In this document: piece by piece, positions 12,754 to 26,184 of the stretch | Layout: every line of letters begins with the position of its first letter | How positions within the stretch are numbered: position 1 is the stretch's first letter | Assembly (NCBI GenBank): GCA_951406725.2 | Contig: OX597819.1 | Span: 107,260,001-107,324,000 of the forward strand | DNA length: 64,000 nucleotides | From: Octopus vulgaris | Taxonomy: Eukaryota | Direction: 5' to 3' | Made by a program: the position numbers and the translations under genes | The notes under the pieces: model-generated | What the model saw: the letters and a program-made list of their open reading frames with translations, nothing else | What the model was told of the DNA's origin: nothing | Database searches by the model: none

Positions 12754-13785
12754 CAGTAGCTTTATTTTTATAGCGTGCTTTCACTTCACTACCGAGCGCA
12801 GCTCTGTGTACCTTGGGTATGTGCTGTGATTTGTTGTGATGCTCTGATGGTTATTGTATGGAAAGTGTTCTGCGTAGGATGTGTGCATTGCCTAGTAGTG
12901 CAATTTTCTGTATGTTATATGTGTTTTTGTTATGTATTTGTCTGAATATTTTTTTATCATGCCTAATGCACCTACTATGATAGGAATTGTTTCTGTTTTC
13001 AGGTTCCACATTCTAGTTACCTCTATTTCCAGGTCTTTGTATTTCGAGAGTTTCTCCATTTCTTTTAGAGACACGTTGTCATCTGCCGGTATTGATACAT
13101 CAATTAGAAAGCATTTTATTTCTTCATGATCTCTGACAACTATATCTGGTCTGTTGGCCTTAATTTCTCTATCTGTGTGTATCGGCATATCCCAGAGAAT
13201 GGTTGCTTTCTCGTTTTCTGTGACCTTTTCTGGTGTGTGCCTATACCATCTTTTTTCTGTTGTTATTCCATAATGTTGGCATAGCTTCCAATGTATGTAG
13301 GTTCCAACTCTGTCATGTCTGTGAATATATTCCTTCTTAGCCAGGACTGGGCAGCTAGAGATAATATGATTTATTGTTTCTTGTCCATCTCCACATATTC
13401 TGCAGTTACTTGTAATATTTCTTTTCATTACATGTTTTTGGTAATTTCTGGTGGGGAGGCTTTGGTCTTGTGCTGCAATTAAAAATCCCTCTGTTTCTGC
13501 TTTGAGTCCTGAGCTTCTCAACCATTGCTGGGATTTTTCTTTGTCTATTTCTTTTGCGTTTAGTTTAGTGCAGTATTTACCATGAAGGGGCTTTTCTTGC
13601 CATCGTTTTATCATGGCTCGTTGCTGTTCTATTTTTAGTTTGGATTTCATTTGTTTTATAGCTTTTGTTGTTTCTTCATCATCTTCTTCTTCTTCTTTGT
13701 GTTTATTAGGTGGTATGATTTCTTGTTTGTATTTGTCAGCTTCCTTAAATACTGAGAACAGTTTTTTGTTTTGCTCGTGTTTTGC

Positions 13786-13786
<1 letters not shown>
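12754..13786 (-). mobile_element. 5'-truncated R4/Dong-type LINE (CCHC plus restriction-like endonuclease) in (TAA)n
   Basis: CRICGDGQETINHIISSC zinc knuckle, RHD, RPDIVV...FLIDVSIP...KYKDL PD-(D/E)xK motif. One frameshift occurs near 12915 and the true stop is at about 12851. (TAA)n lies at both junctions. Confidence 0.93.
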
Positions 13787-13842
<56 letters not shown>

Positions 13843-13850
13843 CATTATTA
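13787..13850. repeat. (TAA)n microsatellite at the 5' junction of the Dong-like element
   Basis: Directly visible; it produces the spurious poly-Ile N-terminus of ORF 12892..13869. Confidence 0.95.
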
Positions 13851-14049
13851 TTTCCTCTTTGCACAGCATCTAACGCTGGAGATATACGACGGTGGTAGCT
13901 GTTCACTACCAGTAAGCTAAGGTAACATAATGAATCAAAAGTTTGGGCAGCAGCACGCGGTCTGAATGATTTTCGTGGCACATCAAGCTGGTGTTACAGA
14001 TTTATGAACCGGCACGGACTGGCAATGAGAATGAAAACAAAAATAGCAC

Positions 14050-14830
14050 AAAAGTAAATAACAAAATAATTGAATTTCACAGGTTCCTAATCAGTGCAAA
14101 AAAAGAGACTGACTACAGACTGAGTCAGATCGGAAATATGCCTAAGGTGTCACTAACATTCGATGTCGTATTTGTCGTATTAAATGAAACAATGTATGTT
14201 AAAGGGTCCTAAACTGTACGTATAAAGATATCATTTGGATATGAGAAAACACATTATACTGCGGTACTATCTTGTGCTGATGGAACAAAACTGCCACCGC
14301 TGCTTGTTTTCTAGAGGAAAACTTTACCAAAGGACGAAACTCCACGTGTAATTTTTGTTCAAGTCCACCCAAAGGGGTAGACGGATGAAGGAGGAGTGGT
14401 GTTATGGACAGATAAGGTCTGGCCAAGGCGTTCCGGTGACCGCTTTAAAAGACCATCCCTTCTTGTGCGGGACCAGTTTCGTGTCCACAAAACAAATGTT
14501 ATTAAAGAAAGGGTGCAGAAATTGAAAACGGAAATGGCGGTGACACCTGGAGTTTTAACAAGCCAATTACAACCAGTGGATGTATCAATCAACAAGCCTT
14601 TTAAGACAGTTATGAAACAAGGGTAGAATCCGTGGATGAGAGCCTAAGATCATGACTTAACACTAACAGACCATTTGTAAAGGCCATCAATTGCTCAGGT
14701 GTGCGAGTGGGTTTTGAAATCATGGAACGCTGTGAAAATTGAAGTAGTACTAAGATCTTTTTAAAATGTGGCATCAGTAATGCATTAGATGGCACAGAAG
14801 ATGACATTCTGTTTGAAGATAGTGACACTT
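14050..14830 (+). pseudogene. pogo/Tigger-type DDE_1 transposase relic
   Basis: IGNMPKVSLTFDV, CADGTKLPPLLVF, SLLVRDQFRVH, TPGVLTSQLQPVDVSINKPFK and FKCGISNALDGTEDDIL, with stops and frameshifts. Confidence 0.88.
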
Positions 14831-15638
14831 CGGCCAGTACTGACGACCCTGATGGTTTCTGGTTTTGGGTCTATGAATTACTGCAGTCAGTTTTCAGAAT
14901 TTGTTCCTGAAACTCATACGTTTAATATTTACACTTTTTAATCTTTTTTTCCATTGTAATTTAATTGTAACCTTTGTTTTGTTATGTCCGTTAGAAATTT
15001 TTACAAATGGTAATAACGTGAGATATTTTCAGGATTTGAAGATTAAAATATGTTTTCTGATTTGTAATATTTCAACTGTGCAGATTTGAATATGTTTTGT
15101 TTTCATTTTGTTCTATTTGATGTTATGTTTGTGTGGTACTTCTATAAATGGTTACAAGAAGAAAAATATTTTCAGGATTTTATGATTGAAATGTCTATTG
15201 TTGTGAAGATGTTATTGTAATCTTTATTTTATTTCTATTTTATTCTCTTGGGGATGTCATGTTCATGTGGTATTTTTAAAAAATGTAACTGTTCAATAAA
15301 ATGTTATTCCGTATTTCTCAATAATTTTGCTATTGTGAAGTTTAGTTTTTCCTTTGTTTGGAATTAAAAACAAGTATTGCAAAAGCCTACATCCAATACT
15401 ACTAAAATCTTATAATACTGCACCAGCTGCAGCCCCGTCCAATTGCATGAACTGAGACACAATTTTGGCCAAAAATCTTCCCGACGAAACACATGAAGAT
15501 AAAAATCACTGCTGAACCGAACAGTGAGCAGTCGAACTGGAGTATTGTAGTGCAGGAGTGGATCCAGAAATTTCTGGTGAGGGCTGGATCTGAGGTCTGA
15601 TTCATTGTAATTGTTCAATGAAACGATACTGAATAAAA

Positions 15639-15639
<1 letters not shown>

Positions 15640-15714
<75 letters not shown>

Positions 15715-15944
15715 CATTCTCTAGAACAACACTATGTTCAAAACTAAATATATGGCACCCTAGGCACAACACCAACATGAATTTCCAGCTTGTTGTCTGT
15801 TGAGGTCTCTGGGTGAGACTTGGAGCCAACTTGTACACATGTAAAGCAAAAGTCAAACATAGAAGAAGAAGAAGAAGAAGAAGAAGAAGAAGAAGAAGAA
15901 GAAGAAGAAGAAGAAGAAGAAGAAGAAGAAGAAGAAGAAGAAGA
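15640..15944 (+). repeat. (TAA)n, a ~150-bp putative Dong-like 3' tail, then (GAA)n
   Basis: The internal tgaggtctctgggtgagacttgg resembles the 3' UTR motif tgaggtccttgttgtgacttg of the Dong-like copy at about 12087. Confidence 0.45.
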
Positions 15945-18299
15945 AAATCGGTTTCTTTTAATCACAAATAGATTGCACATAAAATTCAGTACAATGAACG
16001 TCAAAAACATGTTGGGTAAGACAAACAATGTGATAGACATATAACAGAGAGAGAGCGCTAAATCAGAATTTGGATAATGACGTAGAATAAACGTACACGA
16101 AAACATGCCATACGTAATCAAGGTGTATTTTAATACATGGTTGGATATTAACAGTCGTTTTATTGTATATCTTTAACCCCTCCTACATCATCTTTTGTAA
16201 ATATTAACTTTCGAACTTGGAAAGACATATGTGGTGGTCATCTCTCCGCTCTTCAGTAGCGCCAATAGAGACTCCATGACAATTTTTTACTGTACAGAGA
16301 TTCTTAGTCTTTTGAGCCTGCTTCTTTTGAAACGCATACTTCTTATATTTGAAGACTTTCCTTTTCTCTTATATCTTCATTGGTGGTTTCTCCTTCTCGC
16401 TCCTTCTCCTCGCTCTCTTCACGAGAGTGGTACAACCGATTCTTAAAATAAGAGAACGTCATGTCTTATCGATAGTGTCGACAACAAAACCGTGAGAAGA
16501 CCTCTCAGCTATCTCTGATTCTATAACTGTAAATTCTCTGGAGATTTGTAACTACAGTTGGGATGTCTTTCACCGATTTTTATTGTCGTACCTTTCTTCA
16601 GTTCTTCAAGAAAAAAATACGCCTCAGATGGGTCTTGCTACAAATCTAAATTTCAATAGATTGTTGTCCGCTGTGATTTCCTTCATTTCTGTTCTTTCAA
16701 CTGAGCACGCCTTGTCATGATCCTAATGGAAATTAATGACTGGTATTTCTATGTCATTCCTTGTCAGTTACACCACAAATCACCAGAGAATCATAATCAT
16801 ACTTGTATTATGCTACATAATGTACTTCAGCAGAAACCTCTGAGATGGTGCTACACGACATGCCTTGTACCAGGTCTTGAAGAATATACAGGTGGTAAAA
16901 TTTCATCTTCTTTGTGAACAAGATGTTATACAATACATAAGCCAGGGCTTCTTTACCCATTCCTTCGAGGCCTCGCAGCCCTAACCCTTCAAGAGACAAA
17001 GGCAGGTTACTTTCTCCCCTTGCAAGCTCACGGATAAATGTTTTCAAGGTAAAAGATGGAATCATTATGGATACATCTCTGCTGCTGGACCGTTTAAGAT
17101 GGAGTTTTGTGTATATCAAAAAAGTATTACGCTAGAGACAGTCAAAGTGAAGCTGATTGCATGGGTAATTTTCTTGTTCAGTGTGGTTTTAAGTTGTTAT
17201 TGTTGACGATGCTTTGTAGTCGTTACTGTTGCTGATGATGTTGTTGTTCTTGTTGAGAAGACGCAGAGGAGGTTTGAAGACAGCCTGTGATGAGCGACGT
17301 GAATAGATTTTAAAATCTTGGTAACAAGTGTGCGTGCTTGTGAGCGTTGTTTCTTTTGTGTAGTGAGTCTTTCATATAGCTAACATACCTGCTAAGAACT
17401 CTGAAATTAGCTTTTACTTTTTAAGCTAATATTTTATTTAATAATGGCTTTATTTACTTTCGTTTTCTGCTACTATGTATTTTTCGTGCAAAAATCAAAG
17501 TTTTCGCCTGCTTTAGGGCATGGTTTTGTTGAGATGAACTGTTTTTTTTAATGCATACAACAAAATGTAAATATTTAGAAATATCTCTGTGGTTCGTTTA
17601 ATAAGCGAGAAAATTACTGAGATTAACGTCCAGTGTTCTCTTAATTCTTAATGTAAGAAATATATTTAAAGGAGAAATATCTCGGACGTAAATTTAAGAA
17701 CACAAATACAAAACAATATAGGAACAGAGAAGAAACATTAGCCATGAAAATATTCTGTATGTAAGTCACTAAGGCAGTCTCAGCATTTACAAAACAAATA
17801 AATAACACAACGCACGAAACCTGTGAAAACCAAAAGAATACTATACAATAAAAACTGAACCAGAACAGCACAAATAAAAGTATTTATAAAATAGAATATT
17901 CGGAAAATATAAGGAAAATATATTTTAAGAGGTGGAATCAAAAAATAAGAATTAAGAAAGAAGAAAGCAATAGATATTCCTACATACTATCAAAGAGCAT
18001 CATAGTTTTATAAAAGAGAAACAACTTAAAAAGTGCAAAACTGAACATCATGGATTTGAGGGAAACAAACACAATTATTAAAATCATCAATTCAAGTGAA
18101 ATAATATATGAAGGAGCAGCTGCGGTTTCAAAAAGAAAATGGGGACTCGAATAGAAATAAGAATGTCAAAAACACAGCATGAAAAATAAACCTACTGAAA
18201 AATATCTCTGAATTAGATATCAAACTACACAGTTGAAAGAATGAAGTAGATACGAATACTACAGAAAAATAACATACCAAAAATTGAAAATCCTGAATA

Positions 18300-19060
18300 G
18301 GAGAAGGCAGTAATTAAGCCGTGATGAATCTGGTGGTATAAAAACTGACAACAATTCATCATAAAAAACAGAGAGATCGACTCAACTCAAAGGATTTCTT
18401 CAACACCTTTGTAGGAATGTAAAAATAAAACAGAAATAAATTCAACACCAACAGCAACAGAAGCAGAAGAAAGTAGGAGAGGAAAGATGTTATTTCTGAG
18501 GAAATTCTGGAGATCAATGGACACAATCATTAAACAACTGGACAAAGTAGTTTTTCAACTCCAGCGCAAAAGAATGTAGATTACCAGGATATGTAAAAAA
18601 CCCAAAATACCTTAATGCTCCCACACCCCAAAAAAGAACATAATTTAATATACAGCTCCATAGTCTATATTTGTAATCCTACAGAGCTGTAACTCTAGAA
18701 ATAACTTAGAGTTAGAAAGCGTAAGGTTACATGTTTCTAGAAAAGCAGAATGGAAGCTGCAAAGCTCATTTATCTATAACGATCAATCAGAGATTGATAC
18801 TAAGCGAAAATTGTTGGAGAAAGAAACGTCTGAACATGGCATGGATTGAATACCAAAATACTTTCAAAGGTGTTTATCACACATGGACCCGATCAACACA
18901 GTATGATTAAACAACAAACAATTCACCTGACACAGACAAATAGTGGTATTTAAAAAATTACCCTATTTTCATTCTAGGAGAAATATACCAGCAGCCTTCA
19001 CTTTTCCGACCTATGTTCCTGAGTGATGCTGAAATTTTAACTAACATATTACACCTGACT
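18300..19060 (+). mobile_element. Highly decayed R4/Dong-like RT region
   Basis: AWIEYQNTFKGVYHTW at about 18838-18885 matches the RT motif AWIDYxKAFDSVPHxW. A downstream IYQQPSL resembles GIYQGDSLS. Confidence 0.5.
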
Positions 19061-19431
19061 GGACAATGATATAAATAAGACAAATCAAAGATCTGTTGTA
19101 CAAGGATAGACTTATAACTGGGACGGCCAAAGTGTTGATACCTATTATCTTGCTTTTCGCATTGAGCTGTTTTCAGTATTAATTTAACTCGTCTATAGTA
19201 TTATTTTTTTTATTTTATCTTTCATTTGTGCGTGTTGTACCGTATTTAGTTCATTGATATCTAAATATTTGTACGTCTGGCTTTGGTCTAATTCTTTTAT
19301 TTTATTTGCTTTATCTAGTGTGATGTAGAGCAACTAGAAACATTAGTGTAGACTAAACACAAATTCACGAGTGGAATTGATACTAAATTCAGATTTTAAA
19401 AAGCACCAAGACAACCTTAGAGGAAGGAATA

Positions 19432-19575
<144 letters not shown>

Positions 19576-20608
19576 TACGAGATAATAAAAGAACTGAGAT
19601 AAGAAAACTGGGCAAAAAAAATTAGAAATCAGAAGAAACAATGAAATAAATAGCGAGCAAAAAACTTAAATGGAAATAAAAGATAGGAAGAAATATTATA
19701 GACGCAATAGATTAATACTTAAACAAAAAAAAGGAAGTAATATTTAGCTGTCTTAGTGGTAATTTAGTTATAATATTCTCAAAACTTAATTGAAGTATCA
19801 AGGCTAGACAACAAAAAAAACAAGGAAAGTAATTATAGTATTTAGAAGATATCACTGAAAATCTCACATAGAAAGAGTATATTTACCCTTAATACAGGTC
19901 TGCCTTGTAGACATTTAGCTTTTTTGAAGAAAAGTTTGTGTTTATATTTAATTCAATATAGCTTCTACTGAAGAAATGGTAATAGGCACTAACATTATAG
20001 AAAATAGAACTAGATATGCCCCGAAGTAAAAAATAGAGTTATCGAGTAGACGAAAGAAACTTTTAAGACTGACAAACAGAATTTTAAATGATGATAAAAA
20101 AAAAGCTGAACGAAACAAATATATAGTAACAACTTGACCAAAAGAATATTACACTGCATTATATAAAAACATACCAGCAAAAATAGCGCAAGTTTATACG
20201 ATATTAACAAAGGCACTGCTAACTTGTAATCATTATTTCAAGCTAACGATTTAGCTACTTATAAGTACACTCAAACCAAACAAACGTGACCAGATTTTGT
20301 TACAAAAGCGAAAACCTATTACCATAATAGATTTATCAGAGACAGAAAATTACATAATTCCATTTCCGCATCCAAACCCGAGTACCTGAAAAGGCACGAA
20401 AGGAAGCCTAATTAAGGCGTCACATACTTGCCCTAGCTTAGTGCGAAAATTGATGACATGATGACACAAGGGACAATAAGGGTGATGATTCTTCCTGCGC
20501 ACCCTTATCTTTGCGGTAGAATATGGGTTGATTGTAAGAGCCGCACTAACAGAAAATGATGTTGTTATTATGATTATTATTATTAGTAGTAGTAGTATTA
20601 TTATTACT

Positions 20609-20686
<78 letters not shown>

Positions 20687-20696
20687 ATTATTATTC

Positions 20697-20990
20697 AGAG
20701 GGTGCATGGCTTAGTTAGGGTGTTGCACTCTTGTTTTTGCGATCGAGATTTTAATTCCTAGACCGGGTGATGTTTTATGTTCTTGAGCAGAATAATTCAT
20801 CTCACGTTGTTCTGCGTTCACGTCGACACCTGACGCGGGTTCACCGTGCACCTGTTCAGACAAAGTCGATTTGGAGAAAGTGAGCTAATGTGCGGTACGA
20901 ACATTTGATCACTGTAGACAAATCACTTGTGCTGTCGTTCAGCAAAAAGCTGAATGTTCATATGTCGTCATTGCTGGGAGTGTTTATCAT
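20697..20990 (+). mobile_element. Degenerate tRNA-derived SINE
   Basis: gggtgcatggcttagttagg (A box), then ttaattcctagaccggg (B-box-like), then gttcttgagcagaataattcatctcacgttg. Confidence 0.55.
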
Positions 20991-21059
20991 TGTTATTATT
21001 ATCATGAAAAACCTTAGCTTTATTTTGCTGGATACCATGGAACGTGTCAGCTTAAGGTG

Positions 21060-21500
21060 AAACTTGTTTACTAATCATACTTCAAGAACCTTTACGGAAG
21101 ATTCTTTAAGTTACAAGCAATGAGGATTTTTATAGATGTTCTATCTTTACACTCGTTCCCATCTTTTTGAACTACGTTAGTAGTTCTGTTCTGATACTTC
21201 CAAGTGCACTTAATCTCTATTTCTATCACGCCCACTCTCTTCATTGCCCACAACCTGCGTAATTCCCACCTCAACTCATCATAGCTATTCAGTTTTACTT
21301 TTTTTCTCTTCACTGCTATTGTCAATTATGAGGCATGTATTTTTTTTCGTTTCTGTTCATTGCAGCAATGTCAGGTTTTTTATGTTTAATCTGATGGTCA
21401 CACTGAATTATTGAATCCCACAGGATTTTACAATGCTTATTCTCAGTAACTCACTCTGGGATTTAGTCATACTGTTTTTGATCTTTCTAGACGATAATTT
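21060..21500 (-). mobile_element. Degenerate R4/Dong RLE 3' fragment
   Basis: WDSIIQCDHQIKHKKPDIA... and YDELRWELRRLWAMKRVGVI match the RLE-domain pattern. Confidence 0.75.
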
Positions 21501-21924
21501 CAACAAAGCTACCGGTGAATCATTCTTGCCACATTGTCATGACACCTTTTCCATTCACGTTATGCCAATTTCGTGCATCCACGAACACACGCACACACAC
21601 ATGCACTCACGCACGCACAAACGCGCGCGCGCAGGCATATGTATATATGAAATTGAAACAAACTATGCTGCGTTAGATAATATCTCTTTTGAACAAGCTA
21701 TCTCGGTATTGTTCCATAGAACATTCTCGTTTAACGAGATAAATGTTACCTCTCGGGATTAACATTCCCTTTGTCAACAATATATATAAAATTAGATATT
21801 AAGTTATTTTCAAAATATTGTCGTTCATGTATCATCCATAAATTATATATATATATATATATGATTGCTTCATCATTACATAAATATATGACGCTTACTT
21901 CCTCTTCACAGATGATAGTCGTAC

Positions 21925-22095
21925 CATCAACACACACACACATCATACGCCGACACTCAGCACAATCATTATGTTGATGGGCCCTCAGGTAACTCTTAAG
22001 ACCAGCTGCTGACTGGTAGGGCTTGAAACACAAGTGACAGATAGTATTCGAGTTTCTTTGGAATCCGATTCCAGAGGATTGTATTTGCGAAGTAG
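21925..22095 (-). mobile_element. RTE-clade LINE 3' end relic
   Basis: The terminal C2H2-like motif CHLCFKPYQSAAGLKSYLRAH is typical of RTE ORF ends. Confidence 0.5.
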
Positions 22096-22261
22096 CATAT
22101 ATCTTTTAAGTCTAGGTATAGTCATACAAATTTTGTAACATGTAAGACGAGATGTCAGAGGGGGTTTCGATTTTCATATAAACTTCATATGATTCACATA
22201 TCCTGCTTCTGATAACAGATCACTATCGCACACAATACACACACACGCACACACACACACA

Positions 22262-22315
<54 letters not shown>

Positions 22316-22392
22316 TATGCACATACATACATACATACATTCATACATGCATATATATGTGTGTGTGTATTATATACATGTATATTATAACA

Positions 22393-22429
<37 letters not shown>

Positions 22430-22433
22430 GCAT

Positions 22434-22471
<38 letters not shown>

Positions 22472-22527
22472 GTATTTGCATTTTTGACACTCATCCATAT
22501 TTCTTTTTCTTCGTTAAGGATATCCAA

Positions 22528-22728
22528 GAGTGGCTGTGTGGTAAGTAGCTTGCTTACCAACCACATGTTTCTGAGCAAGTGTATTTTACTATAGCCTCAG
22601 GCCAACCAAAGCCTTGTGAGGGGATTTGGTAGACGGTGACTGAAAGAAGCTAGTCGTATATATGTATGTGTGTGTTTGTGTGTCTGTCCCCACCATCGCT
22701 TGACAAACGACGTCGGTGAGTTTACGTG
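22528..22728 (+). mobile_element. SINE family A with internal deletion
   Basis: ggctgtgtggtaagtagcttgcttaccaaccacatg...tatagcctcaggccaaccaaagccttgtgag matches the reverse complement of 1-135. Confidence 0.8.
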
Positions 22729-23709
22729 GCTGACATTTGTCTTGCAAGTAAGATGATTTACGACCATATACACCTTGCTGAACGCCTGGATAGAAAAGAA
22801 AATGAAGTCTTGAAGGTCAGTTAAAATCAGTTTAAAAAGGTGCAAAATTAATCTTGCAAAGAACGGAGACATCGCTGCACACTCTTCATTTAAGTCGGCT
22901 CACTTTTCAAGAAGTATTGGTTTTATAGGGGAGAGAGAGACGCTTCAAAATCAGGAGAGATATGAAAAGAGATGCATATGCCGAGGTAGGATTCGTCCGT
23001 CAACAAACATTTACTGACCTTCTGCAACTGAAGGTGGACTTTAAGGATTGGGATATAAATCATCACTCTCCACAAATGTATGAAAAACAGCCAACATCGT
23101 ATTTGATGGAGAACCAAAAGCATACTGGTGAAAATTGGCGTGACGAGGAAATTTAGCGCGTGGTTATGTCGCTCTGTTCGAAAAATGGAATTAGCCATTC
23201 GATTAATAGTTTTCTATAAAAGAAGCAGAATAAGTTCTAGAATCGATATAATCGACTGAAGAATTTATAGACATTGGACCAAAATAGCAATGGGCGAATA
23301 ACTGACGTTAGTAAATGAACACATGTCGCTATAAGTCATACTTTATAACAGGAGTTCTACGTATAAACTACTTATAGCGAAAGTAAATGAGAAAGTAAAG
23401 ATGGTGGCCAATTATACAATAAAATAGCGTTCGCGATACTATCAAGAGAATCGATACGCAATCATCTGTTTTGTAAGGAATCTAATTTTTTATTTAAGTT
23501 TTCATTATCGTTCGCGTAATTTTTTCTTTTGGCAAAATCTTTCCAAAGCAAGTTTTCCTATCAGTCTGTCATCCAAAGTTGCCTATTTTGCTAGCATATT
23601 ACTTTTTAATAGAGTTATACTTGGTTGGGAGATAACGTGACCCGAGATCATGTGTAGAAAATTTTATATATACATACATGCATAATACAAACATACATAC
23701 ATACATATA

Positions 23710-23762
<53 letters not shown>

Positions 23763-23989
23763 AAAGGTAGGCTGAGTTCTATTTTATCCTTCACTTTGGG
23801 GGGATCCAAAGTTAGATCTCTGACAAAGATTCGTCGTGTTAAATTGGTAGCCTATTATTGTAAGTATTTTTCGAATATGAAGGTTACAAGTATAAGGTTT
23901 GTTATGAGCATTTATAGAAAACGTATCCTATACAAACTTTAAAGCTGGAGAAGAGAAAGTGTTAAACGTTTTATAAAATTTTAATCCAT

Positions 23990-24076
23990 GCATATGATCG
24001 TTTCAAACGGTAATATTAACGTGTAAGAAACATGGAAAAAATAATAATTATAATTACATATCGTTCTCCTCAATGC
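23990..24076 (-). ncRNA. Degenerate hammerhead-like motif with long stem II
   Basis: The minus strand reads GCA-TTGAGGA-GAACG...CGTTT-GAAA-CGATCA-TA-TGC, the same architecture as the 54113-54205 motif. Confidence 0.5.
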
Positions 24077-24867
24077 GAAAGAAGAATACATCAAAAAGAA
24101 TACATCAAAAGAATATTATATTGTTACAGAAGACTAGATGGAGTGATTGTCATATAACATGTTCGGATATTCATACTATGATTATGAAAGATTAGTTAGT
24201 GTTAAGTCTGGTTATGTATGAACTATAACTGATGCGGCTAACGGATATTTGGAAATATAAGTGAAAGATGTTTAAGAAACATTCTCTCTATATGATGATA
24301 AGTAATTAATTAAGTGATCTAAATTCCATATAAAGCAGTTATCGTAAGAAGTAATATATGTGTGTGTGAGTGAGTGATTTATTATTCGTTTGTGTGGAAT
24401 AGGACTAAGAGGAAGGACTGAAAAAAGAAAGATAGTTGTTAATATTACAGAATCGTGAAAGAAAATATTTGCCATGGAAAACACGTACTGTGATAAAAGA
24501 GATTTTTTGAGAGGTTGAATAAGGTAACAATGTAGGGGAGATAAATTCGTAAGAAAGAGTTTTCGAAGTAATACACGTTTCTATATTTTAATGTTATATA
24601 TGTTAGTTATTAAAAAAATTACAATATAAACTGAGTGTCTAGTTATGGATAGAAGAGGCAGAAAACCGCAGTGAGATTTTTATAACTAATTTTCTCACTT
24701 ATATAACGTAGTGGTGAAAGTGAATGTAAGAAAAAGTGTTGTTATTATTATGGAGTGATAGGTACGAAAAAGTAAAAATATGTATATATATTTTGTATAT
24801 TGACGCACTTAAAGGGAACAGAAACTACGAAATAAGATAAAAGGATATGTGCATATATGTATGTATG

Positions 24868-24924
<57 letters not shown>

Positions 24925-25656
24925 TTGTACATATACAGATATATACACGCATATGTACATTCATATAGCTATGTATAATAATACGTATAATATATATAAT
25001 ATATGACATACGCATATGTATAAAGTTTATTAGTTTTATAAGTAAAATATAGAATATAATCTATTATATCAATCGGTGTAAATATAAAGTTGAAAAACGT
25101 TAGAAGTACTAATAATAATTATTATGATAGATAAATAAAAATAATATTAATACTAATGAAAAGAAAAAAGGGGGAAATACTATAAATCTATCTATATGCA
25201 TAACCAAAAAGATAATAAACTATATCTTTGATTCGGCGCATTTTGTGGAAGTGATTGTTGTGCACTTAGAATTGCTGTAAGTATAATCTTATATCATCTG
25301 AAAGATTTTGGTTAATACAGGTAGATTTGTAAGAAACACAAAATAATTTTTTTAAATTTATAAATAAATATTGGGATGGTTAAGAGAGGTAGTTTTTTTA
25401 AAATTATATATATATATATATATATATATGAACACACACGCATACTGTACAAATATACTCAGAAAGAAGAAACGGAAACGGGAGTGAAAAGTATAATACA
25501 AAAGATATATAATGGCAAAATAGTCACCGAAAAAGTATTAACAGGTGTTTGCATATATGAATAGTAAAAAGTAAAAAGTATCATACATATTGGCAATAGT
25601 TAATTATGATAATGATTACGATAATAATAATGATACTATTACTACTACTACTAATG

Positions 25657-25690
<34 letters not shown>

Positions 25691-25693
25691 GAA

Positions 25694-25725
<32 letters not shown>

Positions 25726-25758
25726 AGAAGAAGATTGATAATAATGATAAAAATAACA

Positions 25759-25799
<41 letters not shown>

Positions 25800-26184
25800 T
25801 AATAATAATAATAATATTAATAATAATAATAATATTTAGAATAGGTGAGAAAAGTTTAAGTACATATTGTGAAAAAACAGATTACATACAAATAATGTAT
25901 ATTAAGTAATGGTCCTAAAATTGTCTAAAAATATATGAGAAAGAAAGGCAGATGAATGAATATTTGGTATAGGTTTGATATTAATAAAATGAGCTTCATA
26001 CAATATATGGGTGAATGGTAGAATAACATATGAATATCCAAGTAGTGTGAGATAATTAAAGTAGAAAGTATTATAGAATAGAAATCATATATAGGCAGTA
26101 ATAATGTAAAGAGAGGTATTATACAAAAGACTAAATTATAAGAAGGAATAAGGTGAAATTAGTTAAGGTAGGGGTGGAAAGATT

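Noticed and set aside
13787-13869. Hydrophobic poly-Ile signal or TM segment fused to an endonuclease
   Set aside because: It is in-frame read-through of the flanking (TAA)n array.
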